From Verrucomicrobiia bacterium (GTDB taxonomy: Bacteria; Verrucomicrobiota; Verrucomicrobiia; Limisphaerales; UBA11358): 41,895 nt of DNA. The stretch lies in the NCBI GenBank assembly GCA_041482195.1, contig JBGPDH010000002.1:1-41895 (forward strand), written 5' to 3'. The notes below the pieces were generated by a model, which was not told the origin of the DNA, did no database searches, and was given only the letters and a program-made list of their open reading frames with translations. Each line of letters begins with the position of its first letter. The stretch's first letter is position 1. Below, one piece after another: positions 1 to 8,236 of this stretch. The translations under genes and the position numbers were made by a program.

Positions 1-68
1 AACCGGGTCAGCACTGTTTTACCGACGCCGGTGTCCGTTCCGGTGATAAAGAATGTGGTTCGCCGCAT
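1..68 (-). CDS. bioD: ATP-dependent dethiobiotin synthetase BioD, first 22 codons only (gene runs off the left edge)
   Basis: The reverse complement of 1-68 reads MRRTTFFITGTDTGVGKTVLTR. F-[IV]-TGTDT-x-VGKT is the BioD N-terminal P-loop signature. The fragment is too short to appear in the ORF track. Confidence 0.6.
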   Translation of the reverse strand, partial: MRRTTFFITGTDTGVGKTVLTR

Positions 69-173
69 TCCGGGCAATATCAAAGCTGAAATGATGTGAA
101 ATCACAATGGCCTTGAAATTAATTGTTGGAAGACTGAGCATGGAAACATAGTCAAATCAGCAAGAACAACGTT

Positions 174-452
174 ATGAACAAGTATTCCAAACGAATCTTT
201 TTATTCACAGCAATCGCACTGACGATATATGTAGGTTCTTATTTTCTGATTTCTCGTATGGCGTTGGGGTACATGAAGGCTGCGGGATCGAACCTGAACT
301 GCTTTTTGTATGTTCCGTGTCCAGTCGAAACAATCGTTAAAAGTCCAACACTTCAGCGGGTTCATTGGTTCGGATATTATTTTTATTATCCGATTTGGTA
401 TGTGGACTATTCATTGGGTGGCCCTGGTGTTTCCGACGTTCCTTCAGGCTGA
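174..452 (+). CDS. hypothetical small membrane-anchored protein (92 aa)
   Basis: Track ORF with an ATG start, one N-terminal hydrophobic helix (IFLFTAIALTIYVGSYFLI) and an aromatic-rich C-terminus. The surrounding DNA (about 69-560) is visibly AT-richer than the rest of the window. No family recognised. Confidence 0.45.
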   Translation: MNKYSKRIFLFTAIALTIYVGSYFLISRMALGYMKAAGSNLNCFLYVPCPVETIVKSPTLQRVHWFGYYFYYPIWYVDYSLGGPGVSDVPSG

Positions 453-561
453 ATGACTGGACCTCAGTCTGGCAAGTAATCAAAGCAGTAAGCCATTAAA
501 ACCGTTGACGTTCCCGGCGGTTCACGTAAGCTGCAGGGCTCGCTGACAATCGAATTTAATT

Positions 562-1896
562 GTGAACGTCACTGTCGAAAATCTGGCCCCGTGCAAAAAA
601 TTGTTGCGGGTGGAAGTGGACGTCAAGGCCGTCGATGAGGCCTTTGATTCCACGACAAAGGAATTTCAAAAACAGGCGTCCCTGCCTGGTTTTCGCCCCG
701 GCAAGGCGCCGCGCACCATGGTGCTCAAAAAATACGAGGCGGACATCAAAGACGAGGTCAAACGCAAGCTCATCGGCGATGCCTACCGTAAGGCAGTGGA
801 CGAAAAGAAAATCGACGTGGTTGGCCAACCGGACATCGAGGAAATCCAGTTTGGCCCTGGCCAACCGCTGCAATTTGCCGCCACGATTGAGACCGCGCCG
901 GAATTCCAGTTGCCGGAGTACAAGGGCCTGCCCGCGAAGCGCGAGGTGAAGTCGGTCACGGACGCGGACGTGGAGCATGCGCTCCAGCTGCTCGCGCAGC
1001 AGCACATCAAGTTCGAAACGGCCGCGCGCGAATTGCGCCTGGGCGACATCGCGGTGGTGAACTACACCGGCACGTATGACGGCAAGCCCATGACGGAAAT
1101 CGCGCCGACGGCCAAAGGGCTGGCGGAACAGAAAAATTTCTGGGTGGATGTCGGGCCGGAAACCTTTCTGCCGGGTTTTGCCGATCAGCTCCTTGGCGCC
1201 AAAGCGGGTGACCGTCGCACGGTCAACACGGATTTTCCCAATGATTTTGCCACCAGGGAACTCGCAGGCAAAAAAGGCGTCTTCGACGTGGAACTGGTCG
1301 AGGTGAAGGAAAAGCTTTTGCCGGCCATGGACGACGCGTTCGCCAAAAAATATGGCGCGGAGGACCTGGAAAAACTACGGGCCGGCGTGCGCCGGGACCT
1401 GGAAAACGAGCTGGCCTACTCGCAGACCCGGACGGTGCGCAACCAGATTGTTCGCGGCCTGCTCGACCGGGTGAATTTTGAACTGCCGGAGACGGCGGTC
1501 GCCCACGAAACGCGCAATGTGGTTTATGACATTGTGCGGGAAAATTCGAAGCGCGGTGTGGCGCGCGATATGATTGAAAAGCAGAAGGACGAAATATATT
1601 CCGCCGCGACGCGGAGTGCGAAGGAACGGGTGAAACTGGCGTTTCTGGTCCAGCGCATTGCCGAGAAGGAAGATATCAAGGTGTTGCAGGAGGACGTGCT
1701 GCGCCGGGCGCAGACGCTGGCGGCGATGTATCAAATCCCGCCGGACAAATTCATCAAGGATTTGCAGAAACGCAATGGCGTGATTGAATTGTACGACCAG
1801 GTGGCGCACGAAAAGGTGCTGGCTTTCCTGGAACAAAACGCCAGAATTGAAGACGTGTCCCCGGCCCCGGTTGGGGCGGGCGCCACGCCGAATTAA
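562..1896 (+). CDS. tig: trigger factor (ribosome-associated chaperone / PPIase)
   Basis: 444 aa with a GTG start. The N-terminus MNVTVENLAPCKKLLRVEVDV...GFRPGKAPRTMV carries the typical trigger-factor ribosome-binding motif (GFRxGxxP). A central FKBP-like segment and a C-terminal helical arm follow. Confidence 0.95.
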   Translation: MNVTVENLAPCKKLLRVEVDVKAVDEAFDSTTKEFQKQASLPGFRPGKAPRTMVLKKYEADIKDEVKRKLIGDAYRKAVDEKKIDVVGQPDIEEIQFGPGQPLQFAATIETAPEFQLPEYKGLPAKREVKSVTDADVEHALQLLAQQHIKFETAARELRLGDIAVVNYTGTYDGKPMTEIAPTAKGLAEQKNFWVDVGPETFLPGFADQLLGAKAGDRRTVNTDFPNDFATRELAGKKGVFDVELVEVKEKLLPAMDDAFAKKYGAEDLEKLRAGVRRDLENELAYSQTRTVRNQIVRGLLDRVNFELPETAVAHETRNVVYDIVRENSKRGVARDMIEKQKDEIYSAATRSAKERVKLAFLVQRIAEKEDIKVLQEDVLRRAQTLAAMYQIPPDKFIKDLQKRNGVIELYDQVAHEKVLAFLEQNARIEDVSPAPVGAGATPN

Positions 1897-2019
1897 CTGA
1901 TTGGTTACCTCCGGCCCTGCCGGAGCGTCTCTGGTTAAGGTGCCCGGCAAAGCTGCAACTTTGACCTTGATGTGGAGTTTATTGAGATGGCGCGGACAAC
2001 CGCGCTTTTTTTTGGCAAG

Positions 2020-3522
2020 ATGAAAAGTTTTAGAGTTTTCTCGTTTTTTTTCTTCGTGGCCCTGACGGCCGCCGCCCAAACCAGCACCGATACGGTCGCC
2101 GGTCGTCCTATGTCCCTGCTGGATTGCATCCGGGAATCGTTGGCGCACAACTTCGACGTGCAAATCGAACGTTATAACCCTCAGATCGCGCTTTATGTTC
2201 TGAATGCAACTTACAGCGGCTACGACCCGACCTTCAACTTCACGGGCCAGCATAACTACAACAATAGCGGTCCCCGATACGAGAACGGCCAACTCATCCT
2301 TGGGTCGGTGTCCGAACAGGACAATTTTAATTCGGGCTTTACCGGCGGAACCCCCTGGGGGATGACCTATAATCTCAGTGGCAACATTTCGGATAGTAAC
2401 ATCGGGACCAACAATAACTTCGGGCTGCATAACAACTTCGGGGCGATCTCGCTCCAAGCCAGCCAGCCGTTGTTGAAGAATTTCTGGATTGATTCCACAC
2501 GCCTGAACATTCGCGTGGCCAAGAACCGGCTGAAATTTTCCGAGCAAGGGCTGCGCCTGCAGCTTATCACCTCCGTCACCGCGATCATCAATGCGTATTT
2601 CGAACTCATCTTTGCGGAGCAAAATGTGCAGGTGCAGCAAGAAGCGTTAAACCTGGCCCAGACGCAGCTCGACCAGGACAAGCAACGCGTGCAGATCGGC
2701 ACACTCGCCATTTTGAGCGTGCAGCAGGACGAGTCGCAATTAGCCCAGAGCAAAGCTGCTTTAATCTCCGCACAAAGCACACTCGACACGGACGAAAACG
2801 CCCTCAAAAACCTGCTGACCGACAGTTATTCCCAATGGCACGATGTAAACATTCAGCCCACGGCCACGCTGGAGGCGACACCACAATCGTTTGATTTGCA
2901 GAACAGCTGGAATGCGGGCCTGAATCAGCGTCCCGACCTGTTGCAGGCCAAGCTGAATGTGGAAGCGCAGGGCATCCAGTTGAAGTACTACCGCAACCAA
3001 CTATTCCCGGAGATTAACCTGATTGGGACCTATGGTTTCAACGGTTCTGGCGGACTATCCAGCGATTACAATGGCACCTTAAACCAGTTCGGACAGGGTA
3101 ATTCGCCGTTTTACAGTTACGGCGCCGCGTTGACGATGCCGTTGAGCAACGTCGGACCGCGCAACCAATATAAATCCACCAAGGCGACGTTGCAGCAGGT
3201 CTTGTTGCAGCTCAAGCAGTTCGAACAAAATGTCATGGTGGAAATTGACAACGCGGTGAAGACGGCGCAATCCAAGTACGAAAGTGTGCAGGCCACGCGG
3301 CAAGCAAGGATTTACGCCGAGATCGCACTCGATGCCCAACAGAAAACCTACGCGGTCGGCAAGGCCACCACCTTCGAGGTGTTGACATATCAAAACAACC
3401 TGACCGCCGCCCGTTCGGCGGAAATCCGGGCGCTCGCTGATTATAACGAGGCGCTCGCCACTCTGGCACAGCAGCAGGGTACGACCCTGGAACAGTACAA
3501 CGTCAATCTCGAGGCGAAGTAA
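2020..3522 (+). CDS. TolC-family outer membrane efflux protein
   Basis: Track ORF 1972-3522. I moved the start to ATG 2020, which gives a classic signal peptide (MKSFRVFSFFFFVALTAAAQ). The two-repeat helical/beta architecture and motifs (LSLLDCIRESLAHNFDV..., ...TFEVLTYQNNLTAARSAEIRALADYN) are typical of outer membrane efflux proteins. Confidence 0.85.
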   Translation: MKSFRVFSFFFFVALTAAAQTSTDTVAGRPMSLLDCIRESLAHNFDVQIERYNPQIALYVLNATYSGYDPTFNFTGQHNYNNSGPRYENGQLILGSVSEQDNFNSGFTGGTPWGMTYNLSGNISDSNIGTNNNFGLHNNFGAISLQASQPLLKNFWIDSTRLNIRVAKNRLKFSEQGLRLQLITSVTAIINAYFELIFAEQNVQVQQEALNLAQTQLDQDKQRVQIGTLAILSVQQDESQLAQSKAALISAQSTLDTDENALKNLLTDSYSQWHDVNIQPTATLEATPQSFDLQNSWNAGLNQRPDLLQAKLNVEAQGIQLKYYRNQLFPEINLIGTYGFNGSGGLSSDYNGTLNQFGQGNSPFYSYGAALTMPLSNVGPRNQYKSTKATLQQVLLQLKQFEQNVMVEIDNAVKTAQSKYESVQATRQARIYAEIALDAQQKTYAVGKATTFEVLTYQNNLTAARSAEIRALADYNEALATLAQQQGTTLEQYNVNLEAK

Positions 3523-3530
3523 TTTTATTT

Positions 3531-3599
3531 TCCTCGTCTTTTCGTCCTCGACCGCGAAAAGTCGAATTCGATAACGAGAACGAGGAGGACGACGAGGAG
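3531..3599. repeat. CTC/GAG triplet-type imperfect inverted repeat (family F2, copy A) between the convergent TolC-like and CPBP genes
   Basis: The left arm is tcctcgtcttttcgtcctcg (3531-3550) and the right arm is cgagaacgaggaggacgacgaggag (3575-3599). The arms are complementary, with mismatches. The same word set (cgtcctcg / gaggacgag / cgagaacgag) recurs at 16743-16806. Confidence 0.7.
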
Positions 3600-3608
3600 T
3601 ATTCGGAA

Positions 3609-4304
3609 TCACCAGAACTGCCACGCCCCGCGCCAGATCACCCAGGCACCCAACAGAAAATTGGTAATCGCGTGCGCCGTCATGGCATCGCCCAGCCGGT
3701 TCTTGCGCAGCACCAGCCATTGATAGGTCATGCCGCACAGGATGCCGGCCAGCCATTGAAAATGGGAAAGGCCGAACACGGCCGCCGTCACCAAAAATGG
3801 TATCGGCAGAAACCGGTTGAGCGGAACGGACAGAAAATCCGGCTTGTTGAGGTAGCGATACAAAAACGAACGGTAAAATGCTTCCTCCAGCGGAGGTACC
3901 ACCAGAGTGGAGCCGAGAATCCGGGTCACAATCATCAGCCACGCCAATTCGGAATTTTGGCCAAATTGCAGGTGAGGATTCCAAACCGCTCCGCTCTTCA
4001 TGAATTTCGGATAAAACGGGTCCAATCCGACCCACATGACAAACACACCTATGCCGACAACGACCGCTTCCCAGCTCAGGGTCCAGCGCATTTCGGAAAC
4101 GAACGGGCGCATTGCCCAAATCAACCAGATGGCGATCAGAGTCTTGGCCAGGTAAAACCAGTACGCTGAGGCTGCGCCGAATTGGCCCTGACAGGATGTC
4201 AAGGCGAGGAAAATGATGAACGGTGCCACCCGGGCCGCCAGAGGCGATTTCCCCAGGAAATTCTTCAGGAATTGCACGCAGTACAATGACCTGAACTCTA
4301 CCAC
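3609..4304 (-). CDS. CPBP (CAAX protease-like) intramembrane metalloprotease, PEP-CTERM-locus type
   Basis: 231 aa and polytopic. All three CPBP motifs are present: EEAFYR (EExxxR), FGLSH (FxxxH) and HAITN (HxxxN). The GTG start overlaps the upstream gene end by 7 nt. Confidence 0.8.
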   Translation of the reverse strand: MVEFRSLYCVQFLKNFLGKSPLAARVAPFIIFLALTSCQGQFGAASAYWFYLAKTLIAIWLIWAMRPFVSEMRWTLSWEAVVVGIGVFVMWVGLDPFYPKFMKSGAVWNPHLQFGQNSELAWLMIVTRILGSTLVVPPLEEAFYRSFLYRYLNKPDFLSVPLNRFLPIPFLVTAAVFGLSHFQWLAGILCGMTYQWLVLRKNRLGDAMTAHAITNFLLGAWVIWRGAWQFW

Positions 4305-4777
4305 CGACTCAAGCTCAGAACTTTTGTTTCCGTGTCACTTCGAAGGGTGACCGAGTTCTTTGATATGGCAACCACCCGCAGCCCGGATACCTGGTCCCCG
4401 ACAAAGACGGTCTTGCCGTCCACAATCGCGCTGGGGCGTGTCGCCGTCAATAAGATGCCCTGCAGCTTAGGCTCCGACCTGGGTGCATCTGTGACGACGG
4501 TATTTGTATTTGACTGCGACGTTTTGGTTGCCACCCGCTGAGAGGTGGTGACCGGTTTCACTTGTGAGACCGCGGCCACGGACAGTGAATGTCGGGACAG
4601 CGATAGTCCAACGAAAATTCCGGTGGCAGCGAATAATAAAATAATCAGCACTGGTGCCAGCCATTTTCCGCCTCCCGACGTGGCCGTCTCGACCAGCGAC
4701 ATCGATGGCGGCTGGGACGGCGGAGTCTGTGGCTGCGATTGTTTGGTTTGTTTGAGGGCGTCGTTAATCAGGCTCAT
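4298..4777 (-). CDS. GspB/ExeB-like single-pass membrane protein (partner of the ExeA-type ATPase)
   Basis: 159 aa. It has an MSLINDALKQ N-terminus, a Pro/Gln-rich linker, one TM helix (WLAPVLIILLFAATGIFVGLSL) and a C-terminal beta domain (ILLTATRPSAIVDGKTVFVGDQVSGLRVVAISKNSVTL). It overlaps the upstream ATPase gene by 4 nt. Confidence 0.55.
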   Translation of the reverse strand: MSLINDALKQTKQSQPQTPPSQPPSMSLVETATSGGGKWLAPVLIILLFAATGIFVGLSLSRHSLSVAAVSQVKPVTTSQRVATKTSQSNTNTVVTDAPRSEPKLQGILLTATRPSAIVDGKTVFVGDQVSGLRVVAISKNSVTLRSDTETKVLSLSRW

Positions 4778-5589
4778 ACATGTATGTCTCCTTCAAGTTC
4801 GCGGATGGCTCGGTTAATCATCCGGTAGTTGATTCGTTCGGTTTGTTCGCAAAAACCGGCCAGGAGCGCTTTGTCACAAACGGCGTTGACCAGCCGTGGG
4901 ATGCCCCCGGTGTAATGGAAGAGGCGCCAGAACGCGGGATGCGTGAATTGCGGGGTGCCATCCGAGCCGGCGAGCTCCAGCCGGTGCTGGACATATTGGC
5001 TGACCTCGGCGCGGGTCAGCGGCGCAAGATGGTAACGCACGGTGATGCGCTGGCGAAGCTGCCGCAGGCGCGGGTTGTTCAGACGGTCGCGCAATTCCGG
5101 CTGACCGAGCAATACAATTTGCAACAGCTTGCGATCGTCCAGTTCGATGTTGGAAAGCAGCCGCACCTGTTCGAGCAGGTCGTCGGTTAAATCCTGTGCC
5201 TCGTCAATGATGAGGACGCAGTCCCGGCCGTTTTGCACCTGTTGCAGTAAATGTTCGTTGATGGTCGCTATGGTTTCCAGACGATCACGGCCCGTTATAT
5301 TCAGGCCGAATTCGGCAGCGACGGCCCGCACCAGTTCTTCCGCGCTCATCACGGGATTCAGAATCAGCGCCGTGGAAAAGCGGTCGTCCAGCTGTTCCAG
5401 CAGCGCGCGACACAATGTCGTCTTGCCGGCACCGACCTCGCCGGTCAGTTGAACGAAACCTTTGCGTTCGCGGATGCCGTAAAGTAAATGATTGATCGCC
5501 TCCTGGTGCTTCGTGCTGTGAAACAGGAACCGTGGGTTCGGGCTAATATCGAACGGCGCCTGTGTCAGACCATAATAATCCAGGTACAT
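4774..5589 (-). CDS. ExeA/GspA-family AAA ATPase (PEP-CTERM-locus secretion ATPase type)
   Basis: 271 aa. The N-terminus MYLDYYGLTQAPFDISPNPRFLFHSTKHQEAINHLLYGI, Walker A (GEVGAGKTT) and Walker B (LIIDEAQDL) closely follow the ExeA/GspA pattern. Confidence 0.85.
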   Translation of the reverse strand: MYLDYYGLTQAPFDISPNPRFLFHSTKHQEAINHLLYGIRERKGFVQLTGEVGAGKTTLCRALLEQLDDRFSTALILNPVMSAEELVRAVAAEFGLNITGRDRLETIATINEHLLQQVQNGRDCVLIIDEAQDLTDDLLEQVRLLSNIELDDRKLLQIVLLGQPELRDRLNNPRLRQLRQRITVRYHLAPLTRAEVSQYVQHRLELAGSDGTPQFTHPAFWRLFHYTGGIPRLVNAVCDKALLAGFCEQTERINYRMINRAIRELEGDIHV

Positions 5590-5649
5590 GCCCGGTTATC
5601 AGCAGAAACCGTGCTCAGCGGGGAACGCGAAATTTAACCTTAAATAAGG

Positions 5650-6795
5650 CTAATTGCGCAAAATTCGACGCACCGCAGCCACCAGGGCAGCCGCCTCTGC
5701 CGGCGTACCAATCGTGATGCGCAGGTAGCTCTTAACCTCCGGGAAATTGAACCAGCGGACGAGGATTTTCTGCCCGCGCAACCGGTGTTGCCACTCGTGC
5801 GCAGGGAAACGCAATGGCTGAACGAGGGTGAAATTGGTCTGGCTCGGAAACGCCCGGAAGCCCGACCTGGTCAGCTCGCGGCTCAACCAGTCGCGCGTGG
5901 CGAGGATCTTTTTGAAATTGGCGCGGTAATATTTCAGGTCGTTCAAAGTGGCCACGGCACCAGCCTGGCCCAGGCCGTTCACGTTGTAACTGTCGCGGAT
6001 TTTATGCAGAGCGGCGATGAGGTCGTGGTGTCCGATAAAATAACCGATGCGCTGGAAGCAAAGCGAGTAGGCCTTGGAAAACGTACGGGCGACGAGTACG
6101 TGAGGGTATTTCAGAGCCAGCCTCATCGCGTTCTCTTTTGCAAAATCAACGTAAGCCTCGTCGAGAATGACCAGGCCCTGCTGTGCGCGACAAAGTTTTT
6201 CCAATTCGGACGTCTGGTAACCACGTCCGCTCGGCGCGTTCGGAGTCGTTACAAAAGTTAACGCGGCGTCGAATTTCCAAATCCCGGTGCGTTTCAGTTC
6301 GGCGACCGTCGGCAGGGAGAAATCCGGTTTGAGCGGCACCCCATTCTTCGCCGCGCCGTGAATATCAGCCAGTACCGGGTACAACGAATAACTCGGTGTG
6401 AAGTATTGAACAACTTCGGGGGGGCGAGCTCTGCAAGTCCCTGACTTTTTTTGAATTGGGACTCGTATAACGCGTCCCTCCGGAACCGGCTCCACAAAAC
6501 ACCGCGTCGCCAGCGCCAATAACTCATCCGAACCGTTGCCCACGATGATGTTATCCGCGTGACAGCCGTGCAGCTTTGCCAGTTTCTCACGCAGCAGCTG
6601 GGCCGTTGGACTGGGGTACAATCGCAGCCGCCCGTCCACAGCCGCCTGGATAGCCGTCAGCACCTTCGGTGATGGCGGATAAGGGTTCTCGTTCGTGTTG
6701 AGCTTGATGAGCCCCTTGATCTTCGGTTGCTCACCATAAACGTAAGGATGCAACTCGCGCACCAGCGGGCGAATCAATCGCTTCGGGCTCTTCAT
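5650..6795 (-). CDS. hisC: histidinol-phosphate aminotransferase
   Basis: 381 aa. It has the LNTNENPYPPSP substrate motif, the PLP-lysine region (RTFSKAYSL) and DEAYVDF. Its start overlaps the hisD stop (ATGA). It carries an extra ~21-aa segment; see the repeat at 6418-6481. Confidence 0.9.
   Translation of the reverse strand: MKSPKRLIRPLVRELHPYVYGEQPKIKGLIKLNTNENPYPPSPKVLTAIQAAVDGRLRLYPSPTAQLLREKLAKLHGCHADNIIVGNGSDELLALATRCFVEPVPEGRVIRVPIQKKSGTCRARPPEVVQYFTPSYSLYPVLADIHGAAKNGVPLKPDFSLPTVAELKRTGIWKFDAALTFVTTPNAPSGRGYQTSELEKLCRAQQGLVILDEAYVDFAKENAMRLALKYPHVLVARTFSKAYSLCFQRIGYFIGHHDLIAALHKIRDSYNVNGLGQAGAVATLNDLKYYRANFKKILATRDWLSRELTRSGFRAFPSQTNFTLVQPLRFPAHEWQHRLRGQKILVRWFNFPEVKSYLRITIGTPAEAAALVAAVRRILRN
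6418..6481 (-). repeat. ~64-68-bp palindromic element (family F1) inserted in-frame in hisC
   Basis: The coding-strand sequence is GGAGGGACGCGTTATACGAGTCCC-AATTCAAAAAAAGTC-AGGGACTTGCAGAGCTCGCCCCCCC. It is homologous to the two prmC copies and translates as EGRVIRVPIQKKSGTCRARPP, at a point where E. coli HisC (recalled from memory) has only ~4 residues. Confidence 0.85.
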
Positions 6796-8087
6796 TTTGC
6801 GGAACGAATTTCGGCAGAACGCCGATGGGCGCCCAGGCCTTCCAGTTCGGCGAATTTTTCCACCGTCGGCAGCGCTTTTTTAAGCGAAGCGCGGTTATAT
6901 TCCACCACGCTGGTGCGGCGTTGGAATTGGTCCACGGTCAGCCCGGCAAACGACGCACCGGCGCCGCCCGTCGGCAACGTGTGGCTCGGTCCGGCCACGT
7001 AATCGCCCAGCACCGTCGGCGACCACGGCCCGAGAAAAATCGCGCCGGCCGTGAGTATGCCTTTGGAAACTTTGCGCGGATTGCGGGTCACGACTTCGCA
7101 GTGCTCCGGCGCGAGCCGGTTGGCCAGCACCACGCCGTCATCCAGCGTCTTCACCTGAATCAGCCACCCATTGTTTTGCAAGGCACGCTGGATGAATTCC
7201 CGCCGGGCGAGCTTCGGCAGTTGCCGCGCCATTTCGCTTTCGACCGTCTTCAATATCTTTGCCGAGGTGGTCACGAGCCAGACGCGCTCGTGACCGGAGC
7301 CGTGCTCGGCCTGGGCGAGCAGGTCGGCGGCAATAAATCCCGAATTCGCGGTGTCGTCGGCCAGCACCAGCAGTTCGCTGGGGCCCGGCAGCAAATCAAT
7401 CGCCACGTGGCCCACGAGCAAACGTTTGGCCGTAACAACATAAACGTTGCCCGGGCCAAATATTTTCTGAACCGGGCGGATGGCGCTTGTGCCGTAGGCC
7501 AGCGCCGCAATCGCCTGCGCCCCGCCGGCTTTGTAAATTTCCGTGGCGCCGGCCGCTCGCGCCGCAAACAACAGGCCGGGGTTGATCCCCCCGTCCCGGC
7601 CGCAGGGTGTACAAACTACGATTTCCGGGCAACCGGCGACCCGAGCCAGCGTGATCGTCATCAAGGCTGTCGAAACCAGCGGCGCGGTGCCGCCGGGGAT
7701 GTAAACACCCACACGCTGGAACGGATCGAATTTTTCGCCCACGCTCGCGCCGTGCGAATTTTTCGTCTGCCAGTCCCGGCGTAGCGATTTTTTGGCAAAG
7801 CTGGCAATGTTATGCTCCGCTTCAGCAATGGCTTTGCGTAACGATTCATCCGCTTTAAGCGACGCGGTCATGAGCTCGGCGTGAGTCACGGCAAGTCGGT
7901 CAGCCGTCAACTTCGCGCCGTCAAATTTTTCGGTGAACTCCAGCAACGCGCTGTCGCCGCGTACATAAACTTCTTGCAGAATGGCACTTGTGCGCGCTTC
8001 GATTTCCGGGTCGAACAGGCTGGAAGCCGCCGTCACGGCACGGAGTTGATCGGCAAAATTCGCGTCGGTGTGGCGAATTACTTTCAT
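6792..8087 (-). CDS. hisD: histidinol dehydrogenase
   Basis: Track ORF 6792-8243, trimmed to ATG 8087 (MKVIRHTDANF...). This gives 431 aa, the normal HisD length. The longer form would overlap the divergent pyrF start. Conserved AGPSE-like and HGSGH-like segments (LLPGPSELLVLAD, AQAEHGSGHE) are present. Confidence 0.92.
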   Translation of the reverse strand: MKVIRHTDANFADQLRAVTAASSLFDPEIEARTSAILQEVYVRGDSALLEFTEKFDGAKLTADRLAVTHAELMTASLKADESLRKAIAEAEHNIASFAKKSLRRDWQTKNSHGASVGEKFDPFQRVGVYIPGGTAPLVSTALMTITLARVAGCPEIVVCTPCGRDGGINPGLLFAARAAGATEIYKAGGAQAIAALAYGTSAIRPVQKIFGPGNVYVVTAKRLLVGHVAIDLLPGPSELLVLADDTANSGFIAADLLAQAEHGSGHERVWLVTTSAKILKTVESEMARQLPKLARREFIQRALQNNGWLIQVKTLDDGVVLANRLAPEHCEVVTRNPRKVSKGILTAGAIFLGPWSPTVLGDYVAGPSHTLPTGGAGASFAGLTVDQFQRRTSVVEYNRASLKKALPTVEKFAELEGLGAHRRSAEIRSAK

Positions 8088-8236
8088 ACCGAAACAGGCT
8101 AGAACAAAGCGAAGAAAGAAGGAAGCAGATTGAACAGGCATGGCATAGCGCCCGGTCGGTTTGTTCAAAAAAATATTCGCTGCCGGAGCAAGAAATTGTT
8201 TTTCTGGGAGTGGAATTAATGTAATCTGTCGCTTGC

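Noticed and set aside
1909-1925. The hairpin CTCCGG-ccctg-CCGGAG after tig, as a possible terminator.
   Set aside because: It has only a 6-bp stem and no U-tract, so it is too weak to call.
1375-2640. A 421-aa minus-strand ORF, and other long ORFs antisense to confirmed genes: 3079-4119(-), 6825-7784(+), 7921-8694(-), 14363-15085(-), 21197-22150(+), 25260-26186(+), 26703-27809(+), 31031-31729(-), 33083-33955(-) and 37598-38233(-).
   Set aside because: They overlap genes with unambiguous family signatures on the opposite strand. Their translations are Arg/Gly/Pro/His-rich with no recognisable motifs. This is typical of stop-codon-poor antisense frames in high-GC DNA.
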